Source: an uncultured Holophagales bacterium (GTDB taxonomy: Bacteria; Acidobacteriota; Thermoanaerobaculia; Multivoradales; UBA5704). From it: a stretch of 64,000 nt of DNA. Below are positions 27,472-40,741 of this stretch, piece after piece. The stretch spans positions 250,039 to 314,038 of the forward strand of contig CAWJQA010000008.1 in assembly GCA_963844885.1 (NCBI GenBank). Direction: 5' to 3'. The notes under the pieces are model-generated. The model was not told the origin of the DNA. It searched no databases and was given only the letters and a program-made list of their open reading frames with translations. Position numbers and translations under genes: made by a program. The stretch's first letter is position 1, and the number at the start of each line of letters is the position of its first letter.

Positions 27472-28363
27472 GTCTCCCTCCCCGCTCCAGGCAGGTATGG
27501 AGCGCCTTGATCAGGGCCGGTCCGCGGCTCATGGCGAGGAGCGGCAGGTCCGCCCGCGGCCCTTCCCATGCGGAGATCAGGCGGGCCATCTCGTCCTCGT
27601 TGAGCTTGCGGCGGCGCCGCCAGAGGGAGACGAAGTCGTTGTCCGGCTTCCGGCCGGCTTTGGGAGGCGCCGGCGGATACAGGCCGTTGACGATCAGCAG
27701 CTCGGGGTCGCGCTTGACTTTCTCCCGCAGCGCCTGGCGCAGCTCGATGACTTCCTGGACCGGCATCTCCTCCGCCTGGGTCACCACGACGATACCGCAC
27801 CGCTCCGGGTCCGACACCAGGGAGGCCAGATCTCCGGCCATCTCGGAGAAGGGTCCGCGGCGGATGACGTCCGTCACCAGGAGCGGCGCCGCCAGGAGAG
27901 CGACGCCGTGGCCGGTGGCGGGGGCGTCGAGCACGACCGTGTCCAGCTCCGGCGCGTCCTTTCCGCCCAGGCCGTTGAGGAGCCGGAAGGCGTGGCCGAG
28001 GACGGCGATCTCCTTGAGCCCGGGCGCGCCCGCGGTGAAGTGCTGGTAGATGGTGCTGTCCAGCACCCGACGGGCGAGAAGCTCCAGCTTGAGGCGCTCG
28101 CGGACGACCTCGTCCAACACCTGCCTGGGCTTGAGGTTCTGGACCCAGAGCCGGGAGCCGGCCATTTCGATGCTGCCGCCCGAAGGGGGCAAGCTGAACA
28201 TCTGGTGGAGGTTCTCGCGGGGATCGACCTCCACGACCAGGGTGCGGCGGCCGGCCTGCGACAGCGCGCGCCCCAGCAGGGCCGCCACCGTGGTCTTGCC
28301 GACGCCACCCTTGCCGGTGACGACGATGAGCTGCCGGCGGGTGAGGGGTTCGAGAAGGCTCAT
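27462..28363 (-). CDS. ArsA-family ATPase, 3' end uncertain
   Basis: MSLLEPLTRRQLIVVTGKGGVGKTTVAALLG. As sequenced, its frame has no stop until 26363. The frame turns to Arg/Pro/Gly junk once it overlaps the next gene. A stop at 27462-27464 exists in another frame, so an indel near the junction is suspected. Confidence 0.65.
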
Positions 28364-28445
28364 GAGGGTCTCCGTGCGATGCCGTCGATGCCGCGATGCG
28401 GCTAACTCTATACCGAGACCGCGCCCGATGTCTCCCCCCGCCCGG

Positions 28446-28603
28446 CCTCACCCCCCTTCCCCCTCTCCCATCGCTCACCCCCCGACCGGGAGAGGGGGCG
28501 CCACCACCCAAGACTCCAATGCGGCTTCTGTTTTGTCTTTGGGAGGGGGTGCCCCCTCTCCCGGGGGATGGGAGAGCGATGGGAGAGGGGGACAGGGGGT
28601 GAG
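28446..28603. repeat. nested GC-rich palindromic (REP-like) element
   Basis: Two arms of about 63 bp (28446-28508 and 28541-28603) are imperfect reverse complements. Each arm also contains its own 11-bp stem, CCCCCTCTCCC ... GGGAGAGGGGG. The element lies between the divergent arsA-like and hemB genes. Confidence 0.7.
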
Positions 28604-28686
28604 GTCCAGCCCTCGGGGTAGCCTCCATCTCCTACCCTTCCGGGGCGTTGCATTCCCCCCCCCCGCCGCGATACAACCGCAGTGCC

Positions 28687-30964
<2,278 letters not shown>

Positions 30965-30965
<1 letters not shown>

Positions 30966-32146
30966 TGGCAATCTCCGATGTCCCCGACGTCCTGATCATC
31001 GGCGGCGGCATCATCGGCCTCGCCTGCGCCAGGGAGCTTGCCCTGGCGGGGCTGAAAGTCGAGGTTCTCGAACGGCGCTCGGCCGGCGCCGAGGCGTCCC
31101 TCGCCGCCGCCGGCCTTCTGTCTCCCATGGCCGAAGCCGTGCCCGGGCCGCTCCTCGACGCCTGCCGCGCCTCCCGGGACCTCTGGCTCTCCTGGGTGCC
31201 GGCGCTCACCGAGGAGACCGGCCTCACCATCGAGCACGACGCCAGCGGCGCGATCCTGGTCGCCCTCGACGACCGGGAGGAGATCTGGCTCGACCGCGTG
31301 GCAAGCTCCGCCCGCGACTGCGGCGAGCCGGTCGAGGAGATCGACGGCTCCGTGCTCTCGCGCTGGATTCCGGACGCCTCGCCGGGCATCCGGCGCTCTC
31401 TGCTCCTCACCGGCGAGCACCGGGTGGACAACGTCCAGGCCACGAGCGTGGTCTCCATCGCGGCCCAGAAGGCCGGAGCCGTGGTCACCCACGGTGCCGA
31501 GGTCGAGCGGATCGAGCGCGCGGGAGACGGCGTCCGGCTCGTCGGCCGGGACCGGGACTGGGAAGCGGGGCTGCTGGTCATGGCCGCGGGCTCCTGGAGC
31601 GGCCACATTCCGGGCCTCCCTCCCCTGCCGGTCCGGCCCGTGCGCGGCCAGATGCTCATGCTGGGCGGAGTGGACTGGCCGTGGAACGGAAGCCTCCGCG
31701 GTCCCCACGGCTACGTGGTGCGGCGCGGCGCGACCGGTCTGCTGGTGGGGGCCACCAGCGAAGAGGTGGGCTTCGCCTCCCACAACACCGCGGGCGGCGT
31801 GGACCGCCTGCTGCGCTTCGCCCTCCAGACCCTGCCCGGCCTGGAGAACGCGCGCCTGGAAACCACCTGGGCCGGGCTCCGGCCGGCCACGCCGGACGGC
31901 TTTCCGATCCTCGGACCCGTCCCCGGCTGGCCCGTGATCGCGGCCACGGGCCACTATCGCAACGGCATCCTCCTGGCCCCCTGGACAGCCCGGGAGATCG
32001 CGAGGATCGTGGCCGAAGGCGATATTGGCGGCATGGGCGACATCGGCGGCATCGGCGACCTCAATGGAGCGGGTCCGTTCTCGCCGGCGAGATTCCTCCG
32101 GCAGGACGCGGCCGGCCCATTGAGCCCGGGCGGGCCTTCTGTATAA
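30965..32146 (+). CDS. FAD-dependent oxidoreductase, glycine oxidase (ThiO)/DAO family
   Basis: Dinucleotide-binding N-terminus DVLIIGGGIIGLACARELALAGLKVEVLER. About 393 aa. GTG 30962 is an alternative start. Confidence 0.7.
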
Positions 32147-32193
32147 TGCCGCAGCCACAACCGATCTAGAGGCCTTATAGGAGGGGCCCCGGT

Positions 32194-32448
32194 ATGACTC
32201 ACATCATCTGTGAACCCTGCGTCGGCGTGAAGGACACGGCCTGCGTCGACGTCTGTCCGGTGGATTGCATCTACGGGAAGAACGAGGACTGGGAGATGCT
32301 CTACATCCATCCGGAGGAGTGCATCGACTGTGGGCTGTGCGTCGACGCGTGCCCCGTGGAGGCCATCTACCCCCTGGAGGAGACTCCGGACAAGTGGAAG
32401 TCCTACATCGCCAAGAACTACGAGCACTTCGGCTTCACCCCTCCGTGA
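32194..32448 (+). CDS. ferredoxin (FdxA-type, 3Fe-4S/4Fe-4S)
   Basis: 84 aa: CEPCVGVKDTACVDVCPVDC ... CIDCGLCVDACP. Confidence 0.9.
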   Translation: MTHIICEPCVGVKDTACVDVCPVDCIYGKNEDWEMLYIHPEECIDCGLCVDACPVEAIYPLEETPDKWKSYIAKNYEHFGFTPP

Positions 32449-32485
32449 GCTGACGGCGAGTCTCCCCCCTCCTTCCGGGTGATTC

Positions 32486-32512
32486 AAGGCGCGGCTCGTC
32501 CGCGCCTTTGCC
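32486..32512 (+). terminator. putative intrinsic terminator after the ferredoxin gene
   Basis: 9-bp stem AAGGCGCGG / CCGCGCCTT with loop CTCGT, followed by a weak T-containing tail TGCCGTTG. Confidence 0.4.
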
Positions 32513-32551
32513 GTTGTGGGGGGCTTCCGATATCGTGATATCATCATTTTC

Positions 32552-32800
32552 ATGGCTCAACTCGTGGTCCGCCATCTCGATAATGACGTGAAGGCCAAGC
32601 TTCAGATCCGTGCGCGCCGTCATGGTCTCAGCACCGAAGAGGAAGTCCGCCAGATCCTCAGCAATGCTGTGCGCGAAGAAGGCGGTCTCCGGCCACCGCT
32701 CGGTACACGGCTCGCCGCCCGTTTTGCCGGCATAGGCCTCGATGAGGAGATCCCCGAGCTGCGCGGCGAGTTGGCACAGCCAGCCGAGTTCGAGCCGTGA
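32552..32800 (+). CDS. FitA/VapB-like ribbon-helix-helix antitoxin
   Basis: MAQLVVRHLDNDVKAKLQIRARRHGLSTEEEVRQIL. Its stop overlaps the GTG start of the PIN gene (GTGA). Confidence 0.8.
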   Translation: MAQLVVRHLDNDVKAKLQIRARRHGLSTEEEVRQILSNAVREEGGLRPPLGTRLAARFAGIGLDEEIPELRGELAQPAEFEP

Positions 32801-33246
32801 TCGTCCTCGACACCAACATCATCTCAGCCCTGATGTTGCGCGAGCCCGACCCTGTTGTGGTGGCGTGGCTCGACGGTTTGCCGGCCGAGTCCATCTGGAC
32901 GACCGCCGTCACCGTCTTCGAGGTTCGAATGGGACTGGAGATCCTTCCCGCAGGCCGTCGGCGGAGCCAGCTCGAAGAGGCTTTTGCGAAGGCTCTCGAA
33001 GACGACTTCGAGAGCCGAGTTCTGCCCTTCGATCAGCCTGCCGCGGAGGCCGCAGGCCGCATCGCCGCCGAACGTCGCCGCGCCGGTCGCACCGTAGAAG
33101 TTCGCGATGTCCAGATCGCCGGGATCACGAAGGCACGCAAGGCGACTCTGGCGACGCGCAATGTCCGCCACTTCGAGGGATGCGGCGTTGTCTTGGTCAA
33201 TCCTTGGTCGGCATCCCCGGCAGGGCATGGAGAGATCCTCCGTTGA
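32797..33246 (+). CDS. vapC: PIN-domain toxin (VapC/FitB-like)
   Basis: IVLDTNIISALM...VTVFEV...DVQIAGI...TRNVRHF carries the conserved acidic PIN residues. Confidence 0.85.
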   Translation: MIVLDTNIISALMLREPDPVVVAWLDGLPAESIWTTAVTVFEVRMGLEILPAGRRRSQLEEAFAKALEDDFESRVLPFDQPAAEAAGRIAAERRRAGRTVEVRDVQIAGITKARKATLATRNVRHFEGCGVVLVNPWSASPAGHGEILR

Positions 33247-33384
33247 CCGGGGGCCCTGCTTTAGCAGAAGGAGGAGCCTCTTCAGTCATGCCTGAGCCTC
33301 GCTCCCCCACCGAGATGTCAGCGGCAAGAGCGGGGCCAGATAATAAGGATGGGATAGCGGCTTGTGTGTCACGCTACGTTGTGC

Positions 33385-33915
33385 TGCAAGCAACACAACG
33401 ACGCACAAGGATGCACAAACCATGATCCGGGAAGAGGAGGCGCGGATCGCGCAGCTTCCGGACTCCCGCGCGCTCGGCTACAAACCGGACCGCACCGTTC
33501 CCTACCGCATCCTCAACCGGCTCGCCCGGGACGGGAAGCTCCGCGCCGCCTCCCGGGGCGAGGGGCGGAAGCTCGCGAGAGATTGCCGGAGCGGGTAACG
33601 TCCCGGTTGCCGGCTCCGGACTCGTTCGCGCACACCCGCGAGCTCTTCGACCCGGTTTCTGAGGCACAAAACCCGGGACCGGGAACGTTTTACCCGCGGG
33701 TTGAAGCATTCGGGGTGCATAAACAATGAGTCAACCCGCGGGTTGACTCATTCAACCCGCGATCGGATGCATTTTACCCGTGGGTTGACTCATTTCACCG
33801 CGCGGTTGAATCGTTCGACCCGGGGGTTGACTCATTCAACCCGCGGGTATGGTGAGTCGCGAGCCGGGTAAAATGCCTCAACCGCCGGGTAAGACGGCCC
33901 GGCATCGCTCCAACT
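33385..33915 (+). repeat. dispersed element copy B: small ORF followed by a 21-bp-phased ACCCGCGGGT palindrome array
   Basis: Homologous to 5925-6335. Core starts fall at 33671, 33692, 33734, 33755, 33776, 33797, 33818, 33839 and 33881, all multiples of 21 apart. A perfect 24-bp palindrome TGAGTCAACCCGCGGGTTGACTCA lies at 33727-33750. It carries about 137 bp more than copy A inside the small ORF. Confidence 0.8.
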
Positions 33916-34064
33916 CACCTCTACCCCCGGGTCGGAGGGCTCGCGTCCGCGTCGAGAGTGATGGTCAGGTTCGCCATGTGCTGCCCGTATTGCTCGAACG
34001 CCCGGAGTTGGGGAAACGGCAGGGGGGAAGAGGGGATCCGCCAGATCCTCAGTGGCCGGGCAAA

Positions 34065-34271
34065 CTACCGTGAGCTCAAATCATCTTGGGAAATGCCAAG
34101 GCCCTTGAGGATTGCCCGCAGTGTCCCGGCGGGAATGTCGCCTGGATGTTTTGGAATGACAGCCGATCGATTCTGGCGTGGGTTGTGCCAGATTTCATGG
34201 CTCCCCTTGCTCTGACGCTGCAAATCGCAGCCGAGCCGACGAAGCTGGCGGGTCAGCTCGCGATAGGTCAA
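34065..34271 (-). CDS. hicA: HicA-family mRNA interferase toxin
   Basis: TTG start. TYRELTRQLRRLGCDLQRQSKGSHEIWHNP...IPKHPGDIPAGTLRAILKGLGI. Confidence 0.85.
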   Translation of the reverse strand: MTYRELTRQLRRLGCDLQRQSKGSHEIWHNPRQNRSAVIPKHPGDIPAGTLRAILKGLGISQDDLSSR

Positions 34272-34501
34272 GCGGGAACGAGGACCGAAACACGCCCCGG
34301 AGCGGTGACCGTCTCGACGCCCGGCGGCAGTTGCTGGTGGGTTTCGACCATCACCGCGATCAGGTCGCGGGCGATGTCGGGCGCCAGTCCGAGAACCTCT
34401 TGGACGCTGTCGCCCTGCACGACGAGCCCGGGGAGGTCCATGCTCGTGCCGAGGTAGGGGCCCTCGGGTAGTTGCTCGATTTCCAGAGTGATCTTGTACA
34501 T
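34268..34501 (-). CDS. hicB: HicB-family antitoxin (short form)
   Basis: MYKITLEIEQLPEGPYLGTSMDLPGLVVQGDSVQEVL..., 77 aa. Its stop overlaps the hicA TTG start (TTGA). The longer ORF 34268..34930 upstream is junk. Confidence 0.75.
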   Translation of the reverse strand: MYKITLEIEQLPEGPYLGTSMDLPGLVVQGDSVQEVLGLAPDIARDLIAVMVETHQQLPPGVETVTAPGRVSVLVPA

Positions 34502-34560
34502 CGTTCGACCTCCGCAGACCCGCGTTCGCCCTATTCTAGCAGCCTGAGACGATTTCCCCT

Positions 34561-36261
34561 CTACGGTGGGGAGCCGGCGGTGTCCCCGTCCGAGCCCGAC
34601 GCCTCCTCGGTCACGCCGAGCTCGCGCAGGATCTGGCGGCCCGCCTCGGCCCTGTCGGCCCAGGCACCTCCTTCGAGCAGCACCAGGGAGCCCTTGATGA
34701 AGCCCGCGCGCTGGGCGTCCTGCAGCCTGGGGTGGCTCAACAGGCTTCGCGTCAGCTCGCGGACTTCGGCCGCCTGCGCCTCGCTCCCCCAGCGAGCCGT
34801 CAGCGGCAGGAGCGGCGCCAGGTAATACCTGGCGCTGCCGGGGCGACCTTCCTGGAGCCGGCTTTTGGCCTCGGCAATCCCCGCTTCCAGGATCTCGACA
34901 GGTGGTCCCGCCGCTCGCCGCTTGAACCAACGGAATAGATCGTCGACGGTCACGGAGGGACTTCGCGGAGCGCGCTCCAACCCGAACAGCTCATCGATCG
35001 GTCCAGCCGACAGATCCGAAGGACCGGCTCCCCTGGCTTTCTCACGCTCCGCACGGCGCAAGACGCGCCGAAGCGTCTCGACAACGCTCCCATCGATGGA
35101 CAGATCCCGGCACCATGCGTAGATATCCTGCTTCAAGAAACTCAGGTCGGCCTCTGTCAACAAGGAAGGACGGACGAGGCAGGACAGAAAAAGATAGTCC
35201 CGAGTTGGTGCATGCGGAGTCTTTCGAAGCCAGGCGAGGGCGAGGCGGAGGGCCCGCGACCACTCATCGTCGGAAAGGCCCTTGCGCCGGAGAATCGGCT
35301 TCATGAGAAACGAGGCTTCCGGGCTGAATGGATGCCGCTCGCACCAGGCCAGGCCGAGCTGGACCGCGCGCGCTTCCTCCTCCTGCGTCAGTCCTTTGGA
35401 CTCGAGGACCCATCGCAGCAAGTAGCTCAATTCACTGAAATCGAAGGGAAGCGCCTCCGCTCGCCGCAGAGCCAGGCGAACACATCGGTCGTGAACCGGC
35501 GCTTCGAGCTTGGATTTGAATAGATTCTTGAAGATGAAGTCCGGCTCCCTGAGCGCATGATAGCGGTCGAGCCAATCGAGTGCCCGGGAAACCGTCTCTT
35601 CCCGCTGCCATTTCCCCAGCTCCGCGCGTTCGAGCAGCACGGGCAGCACGAAGCCGGCATCTCTCTCCAAGGGGAACCGCGACAGCCACTTCAAACCGCG
35701 CCCGATCGCCTCCCCCGACCTCTTCCCCAGGTTCGAACGGCCGAGCAGAGGCGGCAGCACGAAACCGGCCTGCATCTCCTCCGGGAACCGCGACAGCCAC
35801 TCCAAACCGCGGTCGATCACTTCCCTGGACCGCGCTCCCAGGTCCGAACGGCCGAGCAGGGGCGCAAGCACGAAGCCGGCCTCCATCTCCTCCTGGAACC
35901 GCTCCAGCCAAGCCAGGCCGCGCTCGATCGCTTCCCCCGACCGCGCTCCCAGATCCGAACGGCCGAGCAGGGGCCCGAGCACGAAGCAGGCGTCCTTGTC
36001 GTCCGGGAATCGCGACAGCCAGGACAGGCCACGGTCGATCGCTTCCCCCGACCGCGCTCCCAGGTCCGAACGGTCGAGCAACCGGCGCAAGGCGAATTGA
36101 GTCTCCCTCTCCTCTGGGAACCGCGACAGCCAGGACCAATCGCGGTTGACCGCATCCCCGGACCGCGCTCCGGTCGAGGTCGCCCTGTCGGACGGTTCGA
36201 ATCCATCGGGAAGGAGCTTCCCGGGCGCGCCTCTCTGCTTGGTGACGGTGGTTTCCCCCAT
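34561..36261 (-). CDS. alpha-helical tandem-repeat protein (37-aa repeat), function unknown
   Basis: Five near-identical 37-aa units (RSGEAIDRGLSWLSRFPDDKDACFVLGPLLGRSDLGA) are encoded by an exact 111-bp periodicity. The marker GAACCGC... occurs at 35674, 35785, 35896, 36007 and 36118. More diverged units of the same pattern follow. Confidence 0.75.
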   Translation of the reverse strand: MGETTVTKQRGAPGKLLPDGFEPSDRATSTGARSGDAVNRDWSWLSRFPEERETQFALRRLLDRSDLGARSGEAIDRGLSWLSRFPDDKDACFVLGPLLGRSDLGARSGEAIERGLAWLERFQEEMEAGFVLAPLLGRSDLGARSREVIDRGLEWLSRFPEEMQAGFVLPPLLGRSNLGKRSGEAIGRGLKWLSRFPLERDAGFVLPVLLERAELGKWQREETVSRALDWLDRYHALREPDFIFKNLFKSKLEAPVHDRCVRLALRRAEALPFDFSELSYLLRWVLESKGLTQEEEARAVQLGLAWCERHPFSPEASFLMKPILRRKGLSDDEWSRALRLALAWLRKTPHAPTRDYLFLSCLVRPSLLTEADLSFLKQDIYAWCRDLSIDGSVVETLRRVLRRAEREKARGAGPSDLSAGPIDELFGLERAPRSPSVTVDDLFRWFKRRAAGPPVEILEAGIAEAKSRLQEGRPGSARYYLAPLLPLTARWGSEAQAAEVRELTRSLLSHPRLQDAQRAGFIKGSLVLLEGGAWADRAEAGRQILRELGVTEEASGSDGDTAGSPP

Positions 36262-36382
36262 ACCGCCATTCTTTCAGACGCGGAAGGCGGCGGTCCATGC
36301 CTACGGAACGCGACGCCACCCCACCCCCCCGGGTAGCCATGCCTTGCGTCTCTTCCGCTAAACTTTCCCCAGATCAGGGGAA

Positions 36383-36431
36383 TGGACGAACCGCACCGTC
36401 CGTTCTACAATGTGAGTGCCGAGGACTCAAA
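36383..36431 (+). promoter_or_regulatory. putative sigma-70 promoter with overlapping HAIR-like (HspR-type) inverted repeat upstream of cbpA-clpB
   Basis: TGGACG (36383-88), a 17-nt spacer, then TACAAT (36406-11). Immediately after comes TGTGAGT-N7-ACTCAAA (36411-36431), compared with the HAIR consensus CTTGAGT-N7-ACTCAAG. Confidence 0.45.
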
Positions 36432-36489
36432 GCTACTTCCGGAGGCACGAGGTACGCATCGCAGGGAACCCGGGACGGGAGGAGATCCG

Positions 36490-37464
36490 TTGGAATACAA
36501 GGACTATTACGCGATCCTCGGAGTCAAGAAGGACGCCTCGCAGGATGACATCCAGAAGGCGTACCGGAAGTTGGCGCGCAAGTTTCACCCGGACGTCAAC
36601 AAGGCTCCCGAGGCCGAGGTCAAGTTCAAGGAGGTCGGCGAGGCGTACGAGGTTCTCAAGGACGCGGACAAGCGCCAGAAGTACGACCAGTATGGCTCGG
36701 CGTGGAAACGGGCGCAGCAGTCCGGCACGCCTCCTCCGGGCTGGGAGGGTGTCCACTTCGACTTCGGCCGGGGCGGAGGGGGCGGGGGCGGCGGCTTCGA
36801 TTTCGGGGACGGCGAGTTCAGCTCATTCTTCGACATGCTGTTCGGGGGCGGCGCGGGACGTCGCGGGCGGGGCGGGGCCGGGTTCGGTGGCTTCGGCGGC
36901 CAGGGCGGTGTCCGCGACGCGCGCGACGCGGGCGGCGACTCCGAGGCCGTGATCTCGCTCAGCCTCGAAGAGGCTGTCCGCGGCGGCAAGCGGGAGATCA
37001 CCCTCTCCGATCCCTACTCCGGGCAGCGCAAGACGCTGTCGGTCAAGATCCCTGAAGGGGTGCGGGCCGGCCAGAGGATCCGCCTTGCGGGTCAGGGCCA
37101 GCCCGGCATGGGCGGCGGACCGGCCGGCGATCTCTATCTGAAGATCGAGGTCGAGCCGGATCCGAGGTTCCGCGTCGAAGGCGCGGATCTCCATACGGCG
37201 GTGGCGGTCGCCCCCTGGGAGGCCGCTCTCGGCGGCGACGCCGAGGTCCAGACGCTCGACGGAGCGGTGCGGGTGAAGATCCCGGCCGGCTCCTCGTCGG
37301 GCCGGAAGATCCGCCTGCGCGGCCGGGGGCTCCCCCAGCCGGGCGGCGAGAAGGGAGATCTCCTCGCGGAGATCCGCATCATGGTTCCGGAGAGGCTGTC
37401 GGACCGCGAACGCGAGCTGTTCGAAGAGCTCGCGGAGGCCTCCAGCTTCCGGGCTCGTGCCTAG
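36490..37464 (+). CDS. cbpA: DnaJ-class co-chaperone lacking the zinc finger (CbpA-like)
   Basis: J domain [36 protein letters not shown], a Gly-rich linker, no CxxCxGxG repeats, and C-terminal DnaJ_C repeats. I chose TTG 36490 because GGAGGAG lies just upstream and the promoter/operator sits inside the longer ORF. Confidence 0.8.
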   Translation: MEYKDYYAILGVKKDASQDDIQKAYRKLARKFHPDVNKAPEAEVKFKEVGEAYEVLKDADKRQKYDQYGSAWKRAQQSGTPPPGWEGVHFDFGRGGGGGGGGFDFGDGEFSSFFDMLFGGGAGRRGRGGAGFGGFGGQGGVRDARDAGGDSEAVISLSLEEAVRGGKREITLSDPYSGQRKTLSVKIPEGVRAGQRIRLAGQGQPGMGGGPAGDLYLKIEVEPDPRFRVEGADLHTAVAVAPWEAALGGDAEVQTLDGAVRVKIPAGSSSGRKIRLRGRGLPQPGGEKGDLLAEIRIMVPERLSDRERELFEELAEASSFRARA

Positions 37465-37497
37465 ACGTTCGCAAGGCAAGGTCAGGAGGGCAGACAG

Positions 37498-40154
<2,657 letters not shown>

Positions 40155-40190
40155 GGCCGCTCCCCTTCTCCATCTTCTCGGACTTCAGGA

Positions 40191-40217
40191 AGCCCGGCTC
40201 CGGCCGGGCTTTTCTTT
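40191..40217 (+). terminator. intrinsic terminator after clpB
   Basis: 8-bp GC stem AGCCCGGC / GCCGGGCT with loop TCCG, followed by TTTCTTT. Confidence 0.7.
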
Positions 40218-40239
40218 GACGGATTGGAGCGTGTCCTGA

Positions 40240-40473
40240 TCAGCCGCCGCGGCGCGCCGCGACAGGCACTGCGTCCAGCAGAGCCCGAAGGGCTCTATTG
40301 ACCGCCTCGGAGGTGGTAAAGACCTCGGCAATGTCCTCGTCGAGGACAATGGCCCGGCGCTGCCTCCGTTCCGGATCAGCGAAGCGGTTCGGTCGCGCTT
40401 TTCCGTAGTCGAAGTGGTACTCAGGACGCATGCCGTCGGAAGCTGGGACCGGATCAGGGGATGTTTTCTTCAT
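40240..40473 (-). CDS. brnA: BrnA-family antitoxin
   Basis: 77 aa. MRPEYHFDYGKARPNRFA... with a C-terminal ribbon-helix-helix-like part. Its 5' end overlaps the 3' end of brnT. Confidence 0.75.
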   Translation of the reverse strand: MKKTSPDPVPASDGMRPEYHFDYGKARPNRFADPERRQRRAIVLDEDIAEVFTTSEAVNRALRALLDAVPVAARRGG

Positions 40474-40741
40474 AATCTTGCCGCTCTTGCCGGGTTGCCT
40501 GACGTGCGCTGATGATCCGGACTACTTCTCCTCGCTCCGTAAAGCATACGAGAAGCAGGTTGGACTCGCTGGAATGGCCGATCAGGATCTCTCGGCGCTC
40601 CCCCTCCGGACTGTCTTCGTCTTCGAAGATCCTGGCGAGCGGGTCATCGAAAACCGTCGTCGCTTCCTCGAAGGTGACTCCATGCTTCCTTCGATTGGCA
40701 GCGGCCTTCAGGTCATCCCACTCGAGCTCCACCCGACTCAT
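40454..40741 (-). CDS. brnT: BrnT-family (DUF497) toxin
   Basis: LEWDDLKAAANRRKHGVTFEEATTVFDDPLARIFED...RIISARQATRQERQDY. Confidence 0.85.
   Translation of the reverse strand: MSRVELEWDDLKAAANRRKHGVTFEEATTVFDDPLARIFEDEDSPEGERREILIGHSSESNLLLVCFTERGEVVRIISARQATRQERQDYEENIP

Noticed and set aside
26363-28363. 666-aa ORF as a genuine fused two-domain ArsA
   Set aside because: The second half of this ORF is out of frame with the real second ATPase and translates to Arg/Pro/Gly junk. The second gene has its own ribosome-binding site, start codon and an upstream in-frame stop.
34502-34930. Upstream extension of the hicB ORF (220-aa version)
   Set aside because: The extension is Gly/Arg/Pro junk that overlaps the 3' end of the 37-aa-repeat gene in another frame. 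HicB-like sequence starts at MYKITLEIEQ.
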